A stretch of DNA of 32,162 nt from a virus (IMGVR_UViG_3300031454_000249:1-32162); one strand, 5' to 3'. Positions 17,249-25,385 are shown, counted from the first letter of the stretch. Translations and numbers: made by a program. The notes: a model not told the origin generated them from the sequence alone.

Positions 17249-18501
17249 ACGTCCACGCTCCCTGTTGTCTGTGCCGGCTGCTTCGCCGGCAAGCCGTACT
17301 GCTGGCGGACGGCCTCCTCGAGCTCCCGGTCCGGAAGCAACACGCCGGCGTCACGCAGCATCTTCAGCGCCTGCGCCGTCGCGGCTTGGCGGGATCCGAT
17401 CTCCTCGAACGCCAGTCGGGGAGCGGGCTCACCAGCACCCCAGTTCGCGTCCACCAGGTCCTCGATGACGTGCTGGGAGGTGACCTCGGCGACCTGCTGC
17501 GCGATCCCTTGCAGCGACTGGATGAACGTCTCGGCTTGGACGGACGCCAGCGCGTAGCTACCGCCCTGCGCGTCCAGGTTCAGGAAGTTCGCCAGAACAC
17601 CCTTCATGATCGCGCGGTCCTGGTAGTCGACGAACTCGCGCAGGTTCGGCAGGTTGCCCTGCACGCCCAGCAGCTGCATGCTCGACCCGTACGGCCCAGC
17701 CGCGCCCGAGGTCGCACCGACCTGCCAGGCCGTGGCCATCGCCAGGCCGCGGGTCAGGTCTTGCTCGGTCTCGCCGGCGGTGTAGTACGGCTGGCCGATG
17801 CCGTTGCGGGTCACGGTCTGCAGCCAGATCTTTAGGCCCGGGTCCTTGAGCAACACGTTCTTGTAGGCGGCCCGCAGCAGGCTCGTGCCGGTCCAGCTGC
17901 CAGGCTCGCGCTCGTAGACGTATGCCACAAGTCGCTCGACTGGGATAGGCACCGGCTTGGTGTCACCGGGACCGGGGTGCTGCTCGATCCCTTCCAGCCC
18001 GCCGTCACGGGCGACGCTGATCTTGGACAGCGTCCACGGCGGACGGGCGCCAAGCTTGCGCAGGTGCCACAGGCCGTCGCCGCTGACGGACGGGTCGTAG
18101 TAGAGCGGCTCGAAGAACATGTGCCCGTACTTGAGCATCAGCAGGGCATCTCGGAGGTGGTCGTGCCAAGAGAACCTGCCGCGGGTCCGCAACCGAGGGA
18201 CGTCGGGCGTCCCGCCGTCGGCACCCCGCACCGGAAGCCCGAAGTCTCTGGCAATGTGCTGTGCGACCACAGGTCGGGAGTCGGCCTGGTCGATGAACCA
18301 CCGCGTTCGCATGACCGGTGAGGTGACGGCCCGCAGCGAGGAGGACACCTGCGTGTCGGAGGTGCCGATGCGTCGGTACACCGGCACCGATAGCGGCCAT
18401 CGGAGCTCCGGGACCTCCTCGATGTCCAGCGAGGACCACCACGTCGACGGGCCCTGCCGGGCGTAGCCGACCTCAACGACCGGGGCGGTAGGCGTGGTCA
18501 C
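17245..18501 (-). CDS. Portal protein (Mu gp29/DUF935-like)
   Basis: Follows terminase; YGHMFFE, GTSLLRAAYK, GGSYALASVQ, LVDANWG...PRLAF. Confidence 0.9.
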   Translation of the reverse strand: MTTPTAPVVEVGYARQGPSTWWSSLDIEEVPELRWPLSVPVYRRIGTSDTQVSSSLRAVTSPVMRTRWFIDQADSRPVVAQHIARDFGLPVRGADGGTPDVPRLRTRGRFSWHDHLRDALLMLKYGHMFFEPLYYDPSVSGDGLWHLRKLGARPPWTLSKISVARDGGLEGIEQHPGPGDTKPVPIPVERLVAYVYEREPGSWTGTSLLRAAYKNVLLKDPGLKIWLQTVTRNGIGQPYYTAGETEQDLTRGLAMATAWQVGATSGAAGPYGSSMQLLGVQGNLPNLREFVDYQDRAIMKGVLANFLNLDAQGGSYALASVQAETFIQSLQGIAQQVAEVTSQHVIEDLVDANWGAGEPAPRLAFEEIGSRQAATAQALKMLRDAGVLLPDRELEEAVRQQYGLPAKQPAQTTGSVDV

Positions 18502-18521
18502 GTCCGGTCACCCTCCGATCG

Positions 18522-20141
18522 TCAGAACTGCGTGAGGACGTGCTGGACCTCACCGACCAGCGATGATGGTGCGGCAGGTATGGACTCAGGTCCGAGGACC
18601 CGGGTCGGGCGGGACAGCAGGCCGGACAGCGCACGGACGACAGCGGCGACCGGGCCCACCGTGGCCGCGTCCTTGAGTTGGAATGCCCGCTCACCGGACG
18701 AACCCGTCGAGCGCCAGCGCGCCGAGGCAACGCTCTCATTGAGCGGATCCTGGTTGCCGTGATGAACCGTTCCCTCACGGATCCGGTCGTCGAGGTACCC
18801 ACAGGCCATCGCGAACTCCGGGCCGGTCAGCACCTGCGACGGCACACCCGCCGTCCGTAGGTCCAGCTCCAGTCCGACCGCCGGGCCACCGAGCACCACC
18901 CGGCCGCCCCATCGCGCATGGAGCTCCGCGAGACGGGCGACGGCCGCGACGGGTGACAGCCCGACGTCGACCCGTTCGTCCTGCGACAGCATCACCTGCA
19001 CCACCCGGTCAGGCCGACGCCAAGCGCACCCGATCGACACGGCCCGGTCCTCGTTTTGATCGACGCCGAACACCGGACGTCCCGGCGTTGCAGATGGATC
19101 GGCCAGCGTCAACCATCGACTGACGTCAAGATCCGACGTCGGTTCCAGCGTCTCGACCCACTGGCACAGGACCTCGGTACGGAAGATCGGCTCAGGGTCC
19201 AACCGGGCCGCCGAAGCGATCGTCCGGGCACTGATCTTGTGACCGAGGGAGGGATTCGCTGCCGCCCACCCTGCGCGATCGTTGATGTCGCAGCCCGGCG
19301 GGGCCGACCACTCGAAGATGCCAAGCGAGTCGTCCTCGTCATCGAGCCCGAAGTCTTCCGGGTCGACCTCGTCGACCGACTGTTCCAGCTCGTCAGTGTT
19401 GATGCCGTCTGGGTCGTCGAGCGCCGCGTGAGCCATCTTGCGCAAGTAGGCCAACACCACAGACTTGCCGTCGCCTGCGTTCGACAACGCCCACACCATC
19501 GCGTCGTCCCGCGCCATCGTCGTCTTGGTGATCGCGCCCCATGCGTCCCACGTCTGATGCTCGCGGAGCTCGTCGAGAAGGACCAGGTCGCCGGACAGGC
19601 CACGCCCCGACCGCCTGCTTGCCGCCTTCGCCTTGTACCGAGCGCCCGTCGTCAGGTCCAGCGACTTCTTGCCGTTGACAAGCACGGTCCGTAGGTACAA
19701 CTCGTGCAGCTCGGGACGGACCGGGTGGCCGTCCTCCGTCATCTCCGTGACCAAGTCGACCGCGCCTTGCCACACCTCGTCCGCGGTGTCTAGATCCTGC
19801 GCCGTACCGAGCACCAACTGGTAGCCGTACACGTACATGAACCACAAGGCCAGCACCTGGCTCAGTGTGCTCTTGCCGTTTTGCCGAGCGACCAAGACCA
19901 CGACATTGCGGAAGCGGAAGCCACTGCCGGCCCGCAACTCCAGGGCGTGAACCAAGAGCCAGCGTTGCCACGGGAACAGCGTGATCCGTAGCACGTCCTC
20001 AGCGAACTCGATCACCGAGAACCCGAGCGACGTCTTCGGCGTGAGGGGTCGAAGTGGTGGCGTGAAGACTCGAGGGGTCTCGCTACCCAGCCTTACCGCG
20101 GGCGGCCCTGGCCTGACCTTGGAGGAGCGCGAGCTTGCCAA
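18522..20141 (-). CDS. terL: Terminase large subunit
   Basis: Walker A ARQNGKS, Walker B VLLDELREH, SNAG motif, ANPSLG, FRTEVLCQW; start uncertain. Confidence 0.95.
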   Translation of the reverse strand: MASSRSSKVRPGPPAVRLGSETPRVFTPPLRPLTPKTSLGFSVIEFAEDVLRITLFPWQRWLLVHALELRAGSGFRFRNVVVLVARQNGKSTLSQVLALWFMYVYGYQLVLGTAQDLDTADEVWQGAVDLVTEMTEDGHPVRPELHELYLRTVLVNGKKSLDLTTGARYKAKAASRRSGRGLSGDLVLLDELREHQTWDAWGAITKTTMARDDAMVWALSNAGDGKSVVLAYLRKMAHAALDDPDGINTDELEQSVDEVDPEDFGLDDEDDSLGIFEWSAPPGCDINDRAGWAAANPSLGHKISARTIASAARLDPEPIFRTEVLCQWVETLEPTSDLDVSRWLTLADPSATPGRPVFGVDQNEDRAVSIGCAWRRPDRVVQVMLSQDERVDVGLSPVAAVARLAELHARWGGRVVLGGPAVGLELDLRTAGVPSQVLTGPEFAMACGYLDDRIREGTVHHGNQDPLNESVASARWRSTGSSGERAFQLKDAATVGPVAAVVRALSGLLSRPTRVLGPESIPAAPSSLVGEVQHVLTQF

Positions 20142-20421
20142 CCGGAGCCTCCGGCTTCTTGTCTCCCAGACGGACCCGGCCGGCAGGGGTCAGGCCGAGC
20201 GACTCGCAGAACTTGAGATACGTCGGGATAGACACGTTGTCCTGCGACGGCGGACGGCCTCCACGCTCGGCGGCGTCATCGGCCAACGCGTCGAAGTAGT
20301 TGTCCATCATGTCGATTTTCAGCGCCAGTGCCCGAAGCGTCTCAACGGCACCGGCATCCATGTCCGTCAGGTGCGCGGCGGCGCCGATGGCCTTCTCCGT
20401 CGCGTCGATGAGCTCGCCCAT
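20083..20421 (-). CDS. terS: Terminase small subunit
   Basis: AAGGAGG RBS; DAGAVETLRALALKID...DNVSIPTYLKFCESLGLTPAGR; directly before terL. Confidence 0.88.
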   Translation of the reverse strand: MGELIDATEKAIGAAAHLTDMDAGAVETLRALALKIDMMDNYFDALADDAAERGGRPPSQDNVSIPTYLKFCESLGLTPAGRVRLGDKKPEAPVGKLALLQGQARAARGKAG

Positions 20422-20434
20422 CCCGGGGTCCTCC

Positions 20435-21031
20435 TTACGCGCGCGCAACCCCGGTCAGAACCCGGGAGGGGGATTGTGGAAGATGCGCGGGTCGGGGCTT
20501 TGGACGATGCTGACTTTTTCGGGCGCCTATGCCTCGATCCGCGGAACGCGACTCCCGAGCAGGGCCACAGTGTCGCGCGCTGACCACAGCCCATCCGCCA
20601 CGAGAGGTGTCGCGGCGGCCCTGCGCAGCACGTGTGGTGTTGCACCATCCGCACGACGGGACGAGGTTCTCGCACCGGTTGTCCAGGCGGTCGCTGTTGA
20701 GGTGATCGACCTGCAGGTAGTCCGGTGCGGGCACGAGCGACCAGCGGACCATCTCGCCACACCAGCGACAGGGATGCTCTCCGTCGCCTATCGCATCGAA
20801 CAGCACCATGCGGTGCTCGTAGACCCGACCGCTCGCACCCGCCAGAGGGTGGCACGGCGCGTAGTGGCTCCGGTACCCGGAGCCACGCCTGACCTTGGCT
20901 GGAACCTGCGACGAGTGCGCGGAGACGCTTCCGTGCCGGTACTGGCGGTGGTAGTGCATCGTGCACAAGGCGGACCCAGGCGTGCGTGGCGCCTTCTCGC
21001 AGCTCTCGACCGTGCAGGTACGTTCCGTCAT
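20435..21031 (-). CDS. HNH endonuclease (homing type); probable frameshift near 20605, native stop probably 20527
   Basis: CTVESC...LCTMHY, VYEHR, CRWC, VDHLNSDRLDNRCENLVPSCGWCN. Confidence 0.85.
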   Translation of the reverse strand: MTERTCTVESCEKAPRTPGSALCTMHYHRQYRHGSVSAHSSQVPAKVRRGSGYRSHYAPCHPLAGASGRVYEHRMVLFDAIGDGEHPCRWCGEMVRWSLVPAPDYLQVDHLNSDRLDNRCENLVPSCGWCNTTRAAQGRRDTSRGGWAVVSARHCGPARESRSADRGIGARKSQHRPKPRPAHLPQSPSRVLTGVARA

Positions 21032-21037
21032 GCCGTT

Positions 21038-21092
21038 CACCTCTTGCCAGGTGGTGGCGGTAGGCCCTCAGGAGTTCGAGCTCCTGGGGGCC
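21038..21092 (-). promoter_or_regulatory. Two hairpins upstream of the HNH gene; the proximal one overlaps the RBS
   Basis: GGCCCCCAGGAG-CTCGAA-CTCCTGAGGGCC (21063-21092) and CACCT-GGCAAG-AGGTG (21038-21053). Confidence 0.5.
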
Positions 21093-21112
21093 ACTTACGT
21101 TGATCTTACCCG

Positions 21113-21460
21113 TCACAGCCGCACGCGGGTCGACACCCCACGTGGTGTCGCAGTCCCGTTCCGTACGCGAGCGCCCTTCCGGGCAGCAGCGCGAAGATTA
21201 CAGTCCACACACTCACCACCACGGATGATCCGCCGGTCGTAGTCGTCATGCCCGACATGCCAGAGCCTTCGCCCTGTCCTGTCCTTGCCTGGGAGTAGTG
21301 GTCGTTGGCAGGTCGGACGCCAGCACACGGCGGTGCCGGCTGCCACTTGCCTCAGGATGGCTGCGGCTGCGGCGTGGTGTTCGGCGCGCGCATAGTCCTT
21401 GCGGCGTGCCACCTCGGCGGGTGTCACGCGCTTGCGGTGCCATCCTGACGGCTTGCTCAT
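21113..21460 (-). CDS. Small HNH-like protein (packaging-associated type)
   Basis: CWRPTC...WHVGHDD...GGECVDCN; upstream of terminase. Confidence 0.7.
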   Translation of the reverse strand: MSKPSGWHRKRVTPAEVARRKDYARAEHHAAAAAILRQVAAGTAVCWRPTCQRPLLPGKDRTGRRLWHVGHDDYDRRIIRGGECVDCNLRAAARKGARVRNGTATPRGVSTRVRL

Positions 21461-21603
21461 GCCGGACTGTTGGACGCCGGCTCGCGGTAGGTGAGGCAGC
21501 CGACGAGCAGGCCGAGTAGGGCTCCGACTGCGACCGCGAGGCAGGTGCTGTGCCCGATGGTGCGGACCAGGCGCCAGGTCGGCTCGCAGTCCCGGCAGGT
21601 CAT
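21457..21603 (-). CDS. 48-aa single-TM protein (MTCRDCEPTW...), not in ORF track
   Basis: ATGA overlaps at both ends; hydrophobic LAVAVGALLGLLVGCL. Confidence 0.55.
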   Translation of the reverse strand: MTCRDCEPTWRLVRTIGHSTCLAVAVGALLGLLVGCLTYREPASNSPA

Positions 21604-21767
21604 GGCTCGGTCGGCTCAGCCTCAGCCGCGGCGTCGCGCATCACGGCGGCGAACAGCACTTGCGCGCGGACGCACAGGTCGGACGTGACGTCGCCGCCGG
21701 GGTAGCCGTGGTCGTCGGTGTCGAGGGTGACGTGCACACCTTCGTCCACGCCGATGCTGACGATCAT
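21600..21767 (-). CDS. 55-aa acidic hypothetical protein, first gene after the putative late promoter
   Basis: GGGAG RBS before ATG at 21767; the longer ORF-track start lies inside the promoter. Confidence 0.6.
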   Translation of the reverse strand: MIVSIGVDEGVHVTLDTDDHGYPGGDVTSDLCVRAQVLFAAVMRDAAAEAEPTEP

Positions 21768-21790
21768 CGCGGCTCCCGTCCCGGGCATGA

Positions 21791-21823
21791 CGAAGGCCCC
21801 GTCTGCCTGAGGGCATGGGGGCC
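21791..21823 (-). terminator. Promoter-proximal terminator-like hairpin
   Basis: GGCCCC-CA-TGCC-CTCA-GGCA-GAC-GGGGCC followed by TTCGT. Confidence 0.55.
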
Positions 21824-21831
21824 GTACCCCA

Positions 21832-21860
21832 ATCTTGCAACGCATCGGACAGACCGTCAA
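21832..21860 (-). promoter_or_regulatory. Sigma-A-like promoter (putative late promoter)
   Basis: TTGACG (21855-21860), 17-nt spacer, CAAGAT (21832-21837), at the break in the overlap chain. Confidence 0.65.
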
Positions 21861-22051
21861 CTACGGGGAGTCACCCGGTGTGTCGGAGAGAACAAGACGG
21901 GCACGGCTTCGTTGATCGCCCTACCGAACTCTGCGACCAGTTGGCGCAACGGCTCAAGCGAGGACGGCAACACCAACGGCTGGACCGGCGGTACCGGCCG
22001 GCTGTCCCATTGCGCCCGGTCGATCTGTCGGCGCATCTTCTCGACGTTCAC
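21857..22051 (-). CDS. Hypothetical protein
   Basis: GTGA overlap with upstream gene; 64 aa. Confidence 0.55.
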   Translation of the reverse strand: MNVEKMRRQIDRAQWDSRPVPPVQPLVLPSSLEPLRQLVAEFGRAINEAVPVLFSPTHRVTPRS

Positions 22052-23046
22052 GACGCCCTCGCTTCCCGCTGCCGCTCGGTGTCAGCTTCGCGCCGTGTCG
22101 CACGAAGGGCGAGCCGGTAGCGCATTGTCTGCTCGGCCTGCCTGTAGTCGGCGGGGCTGAGCGGCCCGACACTGCCTGGCAGCCACCATGGCAGGTGCCG
22201 GGCATGCACGTCGAGGGTGTGCAGCAGCAGCACTCCTCTGCGACGAAGGGTGCGGACAGCCCCGCGCAGATACCAGGCTGTGACGGTGTTGACGCTCCGG
22301 TCCAGGTCGTGCGCGAGACGAGCGACCGTCGCCCACTGCTCCCCGTCGATCGTCACCAGGCTCGCGTCCTGGGCGTGCTGGGCCAGCGCCAGCGCATACG
22401 CCCGGTCGGTGTAGCGGCGGCGGCAGACCTGGCAGGTCCACTCGCAGTCCTCAAGCCCGTTGTCGTCGATCTCGTGGATGAGATCCCCGCCGCAGTCGAA
22501 GCACGGAACGCCGGCGCGGGTCGGGGCCCGGTGGCGAGCGGTGACGGTCTCCATCCGTGCGTGCAGCTTGCGGATGTCAGCGGCGTAGGTGTCGTAGCCG
22601 AGGTGGTGCTGCGCGGCCCACCGGCCGTGCGCCCGCAGGTAGTCCAGTGCGACGGCGACGACTGTGGCGGGGCTGCGCTGTCGACCGTCGCGGGGCGGCG
22701 GGCCGAAGGTCAGCGGGTCGCCGCGTTCCTCGCTCCAGTCCATCGCCCACCAGCCGAGATCGAAGGCGACACTGCCGGGGTCGTTATCCTTTGACGTCTC
22801 GCCGGTCTCGTCCAACCCTTCGCTTCCGGCTGCGAGTAGGACTTGCGCGTCACCGCCAGGCAGGTCTCCTTCCGGGTGCCGCTCGAGGTGATCGGGCAGC
22901 TCGGACCACATGTCGGCGATGTCATCCATCCAGGTCCGGGTCGCGGCGATGCAGGTGGGACAGGTCTGCCGTTCCCCCTCCACGAGGCACTGGCCGCACA
23001 CGACGCAACGGACGTGTGGGCGTCGGTCGTGCCGGGGCCGACTCAC
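22048..23046 (-). CDS. Zn-finger plus HTH protein, candidate late transcription regulator
   Basis: CVVC...CPTC, CFDC...CQVC, and a winged-HTH-like ATVARLAHDLDRSVNTVTAWYLRGAV; last large early gene. Confidence 0.6.
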   Translation of the reverse strand: MSRPRHDRRPHVRCVVCGQCLVEGERQTCPTCIAATRTWMDDIADMWSELPDHLERHPEGDLPGGDAQVLLAAGSEGLDETGETSKDNDPGSVAFDLGWWAMDWSEERGDPLTFGPPPRDGRQRSPATVVAVALDYLRAHGRWAAQHHLGYDTYAADIRKLHARMETVTARHRAPTRAGVPCFDCGGDLIHEIDDNGLEDCEWTCQVCRRRYTDRAYALALAQHAQDASLVTIDGEQWATVARLAHDLDRSVNTVTAWYLRGAVRTLRRRGVLLLHTLDVHARHLPWWLPGSVGPLSPADYRQAEQTMRYRLALRATRREADTERQREARAS

Positions 23047-23210
23047 CGTGGCACCCGAAGCCCGCGGAACGGGCGGACCGTCTCGCTGCCATCAGCGCGC
23101 CGGATCAGGACGTTGCGCGGGCCCCGGCCTCGCCACCCGCGCAGAACCGTGGCCAGCTGGCCACGCTCGAGGTAGGAGCGACCCGCGCAGGCACCGAGGT
23201 CCGTGCTCAC
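23043..23210 (-). CDS. 55-aa basic hypothetical protein
   Basis: GTGA overlaps; GPRNVLIRRADGSETVRPFRGLR. Confidence 0.6.
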   Translation of the reverse strand: MSTDLGACAGRSYLERGQLATVLRGWRGRGPRNVLIRRADGSETVRPFRGLRVPR

Positions 23211-23305
23211 CGTCGCCACCCTTGCCACAGGTCGGCGAGCAGGAGCGCCCCGCCGATCAGGCCGAGGGCGCAGCCGAGGGCGGCACGACGGTCGCGGGTG
23301 GTCAT
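23207..23305 (-). CDS. 32-aa single-TM peptide (MTTRDRRAALGCALGLIGGALLLADLWQGWRR)
   Basis: 4-nt overlaps at both ends. Confidence 0.5.
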   Translation of the reverse strand: MTTRDRRAALGCALGLIGGALLLADLWQGWRR

Positions 23306-23664
23306 GTCGAGACCCGGTCTGCGGTCGCGAAGCGGCGCCCACGGACAACGGCCCAGCGCCGAGCGAGCCACTCGTCAGGGTCGGCGATTCCCAGTGCTTC
23401 GGCTGCGCCCATCGCTGAGATGACGACATCCGCCCACTCGTCCCACGACTCGGCCAGGCGGTCCCGGCCATCGCGGCGGTCCAGTTCGGCTGCCTTGATG
23501 TGCGCGCCGATCATCTCGCCGGTCTCCTCGGCGACCTTCGCGACCCGGACCATGCTCGGCTTGCCCGGCAGTTCGCGGGCGTGCCACTCCGAGACCGACG
23601 CGGCGAGGGCGTTGAGCGTCCACTGGCCCTGGTCGAAAGCCCGAGCGAAGGCACCGTCCATCAC
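23302..23664 (-). CDS. MazG-like nucleotide pyrophosphohydrolase
   Basis: KVAEETGEMIGA...DEWADVVI (EExxE...ExxD). Confidence 0.78.
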   Translation of the reverse strand: MMDGAFARAFDQGQWTLNALAASVSEWHARELPGKPSMVRVAKVAEETGEMIGAHIKAAELDRRDGRDRLAESWDEWADVVISAMGAAEALGIADPDEWLARRWAVVRGRRFATADRVST

Positions 23665-23861
23665 GCACCGCCTTCGAGCAGGCGCAGCTCGTCGCTCATC
23701 TGCCGGTGCGCCTCGCCCCACCCGGCGAGCTCACGCGGCTCGGGCTCGACGGTGACGGGCCGTGGGTGCTTGTCGCGCCAGTCGCGCCACAGCAGCAGGC
23801 CGGTCCAGGTGGCGGTGAGGGCGAGGGCGATCAGCTCGGCGAGGGAGCGGGTGCGGTTCAC
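23661..23861 (-). CDS. 66-aa single-TM protein
   Basis: GTGA overlaps; LIALALTATWTGLLLW. Confidence 0.55.
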   Translation of the reverse strand: MNRTRSLAELIALALTATWTGLLLWRDWRDKHPRPVTVEPEPRELAGWGEAHRQMSDELRLLEGGA

Positions 23862-24250
23862 GAGCGGGTCTCCTGGGGCTCGGCAGTGGTGGTTTGGGCG
23901 GCGAGGTCTCGGGCGCGCTGACGGGTGGCGAGTGCCGCCCGTGCCTCGGCGGCCCGGGCCGGGACGTCGGCCGTCGGCTGAGGCACGGGCGTCTCGCCGG
24001 TCCGCTCGAGCCGATCGCTGCGGCACCGGCCGCAGGCGGCGCCGGCCCGCTGCCCGGGGTGCAGCTCGCAGCGATCGGGTGCATGGAGCGCCGCAGGGCC
24101 TGTCGAAGTCGAAGTGGACCCGGCCGCGGCGGGCAGCACGAGAGTCCGGCGGCAGTCGTGACAGTGGAGGCGTCGGGCGTCGAGCAGGACGCTGCGGTGG
24201 CGGGTCCCGGTGGGTTCGTCGACGTGCTGGGCGAGGACGTCGGTGGTCAT
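23858..24250 (-). CDS. Cys/His-rich hypothetical protein downstream of the replication gene
   Basis: CHDC, CELHP...CGRC; ATGA overlap. Confidence 0.65.
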   Translation of the reverse strand: MTTDVLAQHVDEPTGTRHRSVLLDARRLHCHDCRRTLVLPAAAGSTSTSTGPAALHAPDRCELHPGQRAGAACGRCRSDRLERTGETPVPQPTADVPARAAEARAALATRQRARDLAAQTTTAEPQETRS

Positions 24251-24498
24251 GAGGCGCCCTGCCGGGTCGCGACGCGCGGTACGTCTACTTCAACTTCGAG
24301 ATCATCTTCACCATGAGTACTTCGAGGGGAGTGGGCGTGGTGCCGAAGGCACCCGCCCCTCCCCTTCGGGTCGGGTCGGGGGGACCGTGACTGCTCCCGA
24401 ACTTCGCCGTGACTCACGGTGTGACGTGTGCGTGACTCACGGTGTGACGTCGTGCGTATGTCACGCGTTACGTCACGCGTGACATTGGTGTGACTCAC
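24247..24498 (-). CDS. Iteron-encoded segment, probable C-terminal half of the replication protein
   Basis: VTRDVTRD...SHGEV...PRPDP low-complexity pattern that spans the repeats. Confidence 0.5.
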   Translation of the reverse strand: MSHTNVTRDVTRDIRTTSHRESRTRHTVSHGEVREQSRSPRPDPKGRGGCLRHHAHSPRSTHGEDDLEVEVDVPRVATRQGAS

Positions 24499-24499
24499 G
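24387..24499. repeat. Iteron cluster, putative replication origin
   Basis: CGTGACTCACGGTGTGACGT twice (24408-24427, 24431-24450); GTGACTCACG at 24490-24499; palindrome GTCACGCGTGAC at 24472-24483. Confidence 0.8.
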
Positions 24500-24857
24500 C
24501 CGAACTACCCCGCTTACGGGCGGCTGCCTCACGAGCCCGACGTTGCCGCTCGGCGGCCTCGGCCCGCTCCTTCGCGACCTTCTCGGCAGACGGGTTGTAG
24601 TCGAGGTAGTCGTGCATCACGTGCCCGCTGCCGTTGCGCATCCACAGCCCTGACGTGACTAGGTCCGCCACTACCTTGGGGCTGATCGCCAACTCGTCGA
24701 GGACGGCGTCAGGGACCCTTCCGTCCTGACCGTTGCCAGCGACCCACGCACCCGCGAGGGTCCATGCCCCGACCGCTGCAAGCCGACGCGGCCCTCTCGG
24801 GATGGCTAGCACCTTGCGGTGCGTCGGGAAGCCGTCATCGACCTTGAGCCATGTCAT
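24495..24857 (-). CDS. Phage replication initiator-like protein, N-terminal domain
   Basis: MTWLKVDDGFPTHRKV...DGRVP...LVTSGLW...HDYLDYNPS...ERQRRAR; AAGGAGG RBS; iterons follow. Confidence 0.75.
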   Translation of the reverse strand: MTWLKVDDGFPTHRKVLAIPRGPRRLAAVGAWTLAGAWVAGNGQDGRVPDAVLDELAISPKVVADLVTSGLWMRNGSGHVMHDYLDYNPSAEKVAKERAEAAERQRRAREAAARKRGSSA

Positions 24858-24982
24858 CGGGCGGTGCCCTCCTTGGTCTCGTAGAGCGCGTGCTGCTGCG
24901 CGAGGGCGGGTGTCTGGCCGTCGTCGTAGGTCGCCCATCGCTGCCAGTGGCGGCCGGCGCTGTACCGCCCTTCGGTGGTCAT
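24854..24982 (-). CDS. 42-aa hypothetical protein (MTTEGRYSAGRHW...)
   Basis: ATGA overlaps at both ends. Confidence 0.5.
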   Translation of the reverse strand: MTTEGRYSAGRHWQRWATYDDGQTPALAQQHALYETKEGTAR

Positions 24983-25221
24983 GCGCCACCTGCCGTGCCG
25001 TCGTGGACGGGGCAGTCCTGGCGTCTGTAGACGCCGGTGCCGTACTCCTGTCGCAGGGCCAGCCAGTCTCTGAACGCAGGGTCGTCATCGATCGGCGGCT
25101 CGGGCGGCAATGGTGGCTTCGGCTTGCCGCACCGGCAGTGGGGGTGCGCGAGGGTCGCGACACGGGTGCCGCCGAGCGCGAGGGCTGCTGCCAGGCTGGC
25201 GTCGGTCGGTGGGGTCTTCAC
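24979..25221 (-). CDS. Hypothetical protein (CxC...CPVH)
   Basis: 4-nt overlaps; GGAGG RBS. Confidence 0.6.
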   Translation of the reverse strand: MKTPPTDASLAAALALGGTRVATLAHPHCRCGKPKPPLPPEPPIDDDPAFRDWLALRQEYGTGVYRRQDCPVHDGTAGGA

Positions 25222-25385
25222 GCGGCCTCCGGCGTTGTGGCGCCGACGAACTGGTCAATGAGGTCAGCTAGCCGGTCCCGGGCCACGCGGATCGGCTCCC
25301 CGCAGTAGTCGCAGACGCCCTGTCCGATGCATCCGCCGAGCGGGACGCAGTGGGGCTTCTCGACCGCGCCAAGGACGGTGCTCAT
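25218..25385 (-). CDS. 55-aa Cys-rich hypothetical protein
   Basis: ATGA overlap with methyltransferase stop; HC...C...CDYC. Confidence 0.55.
   Translation of the reverse strand: MSTVLGAVEKPHCVPLGGCIGQGVCDYCGEPIRVARDRLADLIDQFVGATTPEAA

Noticed and set aside
21063-21092. GAGTTCGAG hairpin as a tRNA T-arm or attachment site
   Set aside because: No acceptor, D or anticodon arms, and no integrase nearby
21768-21860. TTG start for an 86-aa ORF
   Set aside because: The TTG is the -35 box; the segment holds the promoter and hairpin, and the RBS-supported start is 21767
24495-25163. 222-aa ORF as one protein (likewise the long versions of 13577..14260, 28420..29256 and 11263..11766)
   Set aside because: N-terminal extensions overlap other genes; internal starts with stop/start overlaps fit better
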